Positions 63,075 through 64,000 of a DNA stretch of 64,000 nucleotides are shown in pieces. The notes under the pieces were generated by a model. That model saw only the letters and a program-made list of their open reading frames with translations, ran no database searches and was not told the DNA's origin. Origin of the DNA: an uncultured Thermoplasmata archaeon. Its GTDB lineage: Archaea; Thermoplasmatota; Thermoplasmata; UBA10834. Each line of letters starts with the position of its first letter. Position 1 is the first letter of the stretch. The position numbers were made by a program, and so were the translations under genes. The DNA lies in the NCBI GenBank assembly GCA_963719945.1, contig CAVRDX010000001.1:96001-160000 (forward strand), read 5' to 3'.

Positions 63075-63971
63075 CTATCTTCGTCCCGCGGTTTCGTGGT
63101 ACAGCCGGATGGCTCGTCTGCTGGTATGCCAGTCCCCTGATATCTTCAGTGCGGGGAGTTCCCCCTGTCCCGCGCGTAGACGCAGATACTTCGCGGAGTG
63201 TCCCGACTTTCCATCCAACTGCTTCAGAGGTTTCAGCTCGTCTTCTGCTGTGCCCAGTTGATTCAGCAGATCGAGAATCGAACGACTCATGAGCTCCTTT
63301 ACCAAGTTCACAAGGTGTGACAAGTCACCGGAGTGACCCTGATCCATGCAGTCAAGATACCTCTCCCTTTCTGGCGGGAGAATATGTACAGGTGGCCAGT
63401 TGTGTTTGAGGAAGTGTTGGTTCAGGAGCAGTCTGCCGACTCTGCCGTTCCCGTCGCTGAATGGATGTATCGATTCGAAAGTGTAATGGAACCATGCCCC
63501 GAGTGTGAACACATCCTCTCCTTTGATGTCCCTGCCTTCGTAGTCCTTCAGCATCCTCCCCATCTCGTCAACGACCTTCTCCATTCTCGGAGGTATGTGC
63601 CTTGAGCCTGTGATACGGACATTCACGCGTCTCCACATTCCCGCATCCCCTTTCACCCCTCTGAACACGTTCTCATGCAACTCGAGAGTCGTTTCGAGTG
63701 TGATGGGTTGTGCTCTTAGCTGAGGGATTTCATGGAAGACCTTCTCATGTTGCAGAGTCTCTAGAACATCTCTGATTGGCCTGTTCCCGACGCTGCGCTG
63801 CTCGATGAGCAATACCTCGACATCGTGCCAGGTGAGCGTGTTCCCTTCAATGGCATTGGTTCCCCAGGTGTTCAGAGCGCTCGTCCGCTTCCAGACCTCT
63901 TCGGGAAGGCTGTCCAGGGAAGTCCTGGTGAGGAGGCAATCGCGGAGCGCAGCAAGTATGCTTTCACGCAT
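63075..63971 (-). CDS. Fic family protein with C-terminal HTH-like region
   Basis: HPFSDGNGRVGR, TNAIEGN. Confidence 0.92.
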   Translation of the reverse strand: MRESILAALRDCLLTRTSLDSLPEEVWKRTSALNTWGTNAIEGNTLTWHDVEVLLIEQRSVGNRPIRDVLETLQHEKVFHEIPQLRAQPITLETTLELHENVFRGVKGDAGMWRRVNVRITGSRHIPPRMEKVVDEMGRMLKDYEGRDIKGEDVFTLGAWFHYTFESIHPFSDGNGRVGRLLLNQHFLKHNWPPVHILPPERERYLDCMDQGHSGDLSHLVNLVKELMSRSILDLLNQLGTAEDELKPLKQLDGKSGHSAKYLRLRAGQGELPALKISGDWHTSRRAIRLYHETAGRR

Positions 63972-64000
63972 GTATTGTTTATGAAGGCATATATGATATA

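Overview
Archaeal chromosomal window, most consistent with a Thermoplasmatota/Thermoplasmata genome (PolD large subunit, archaeal rpoD-rps11-rps4-rps13 cluster, a stand-alone 23S rRNA with a bulge-helix-bulge processing stem). Positions 1-42.6 kb are mostly housekeeping genes: ABC and Ni/Co ECF transporters, hutU, polC, alaS, sucCD, map, an SPFH/zinc-ribbon operon and a longin-like + small GTPase pair. The standout starts at tRNA-Leu(CAA) (43110-43194). It is followed by a tandem array of nine 1.0-7.5 kb gene cassettes, each closed by a conserved ~114-bp repeat: a ~95-bp arm plus a 19-bp copy of the tRNA 3' end (AATCCGGGCCCTCGCACAT). The core is mutated in copy 8 and largely lost in copy 9. 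One cassette occurs twice together with its own downstream repeat, which defines the mobile unit and places the crossover in the tRNA-derived core. Cargo includes amt, a full pst/phoU module, mntP, an HTH + nucleotidyltransferase pair, a Fic protein, an AAA+/DUF4143 protein and surface proteins. No integrase is visible in the window. This looks like an integron-like, tRNA-anchored cassette accretion system with no attC or CRISPR signatures. The mechanism is inferred, not shown. Three +1 frameshifts in conserved genes suggest some sequencing error.
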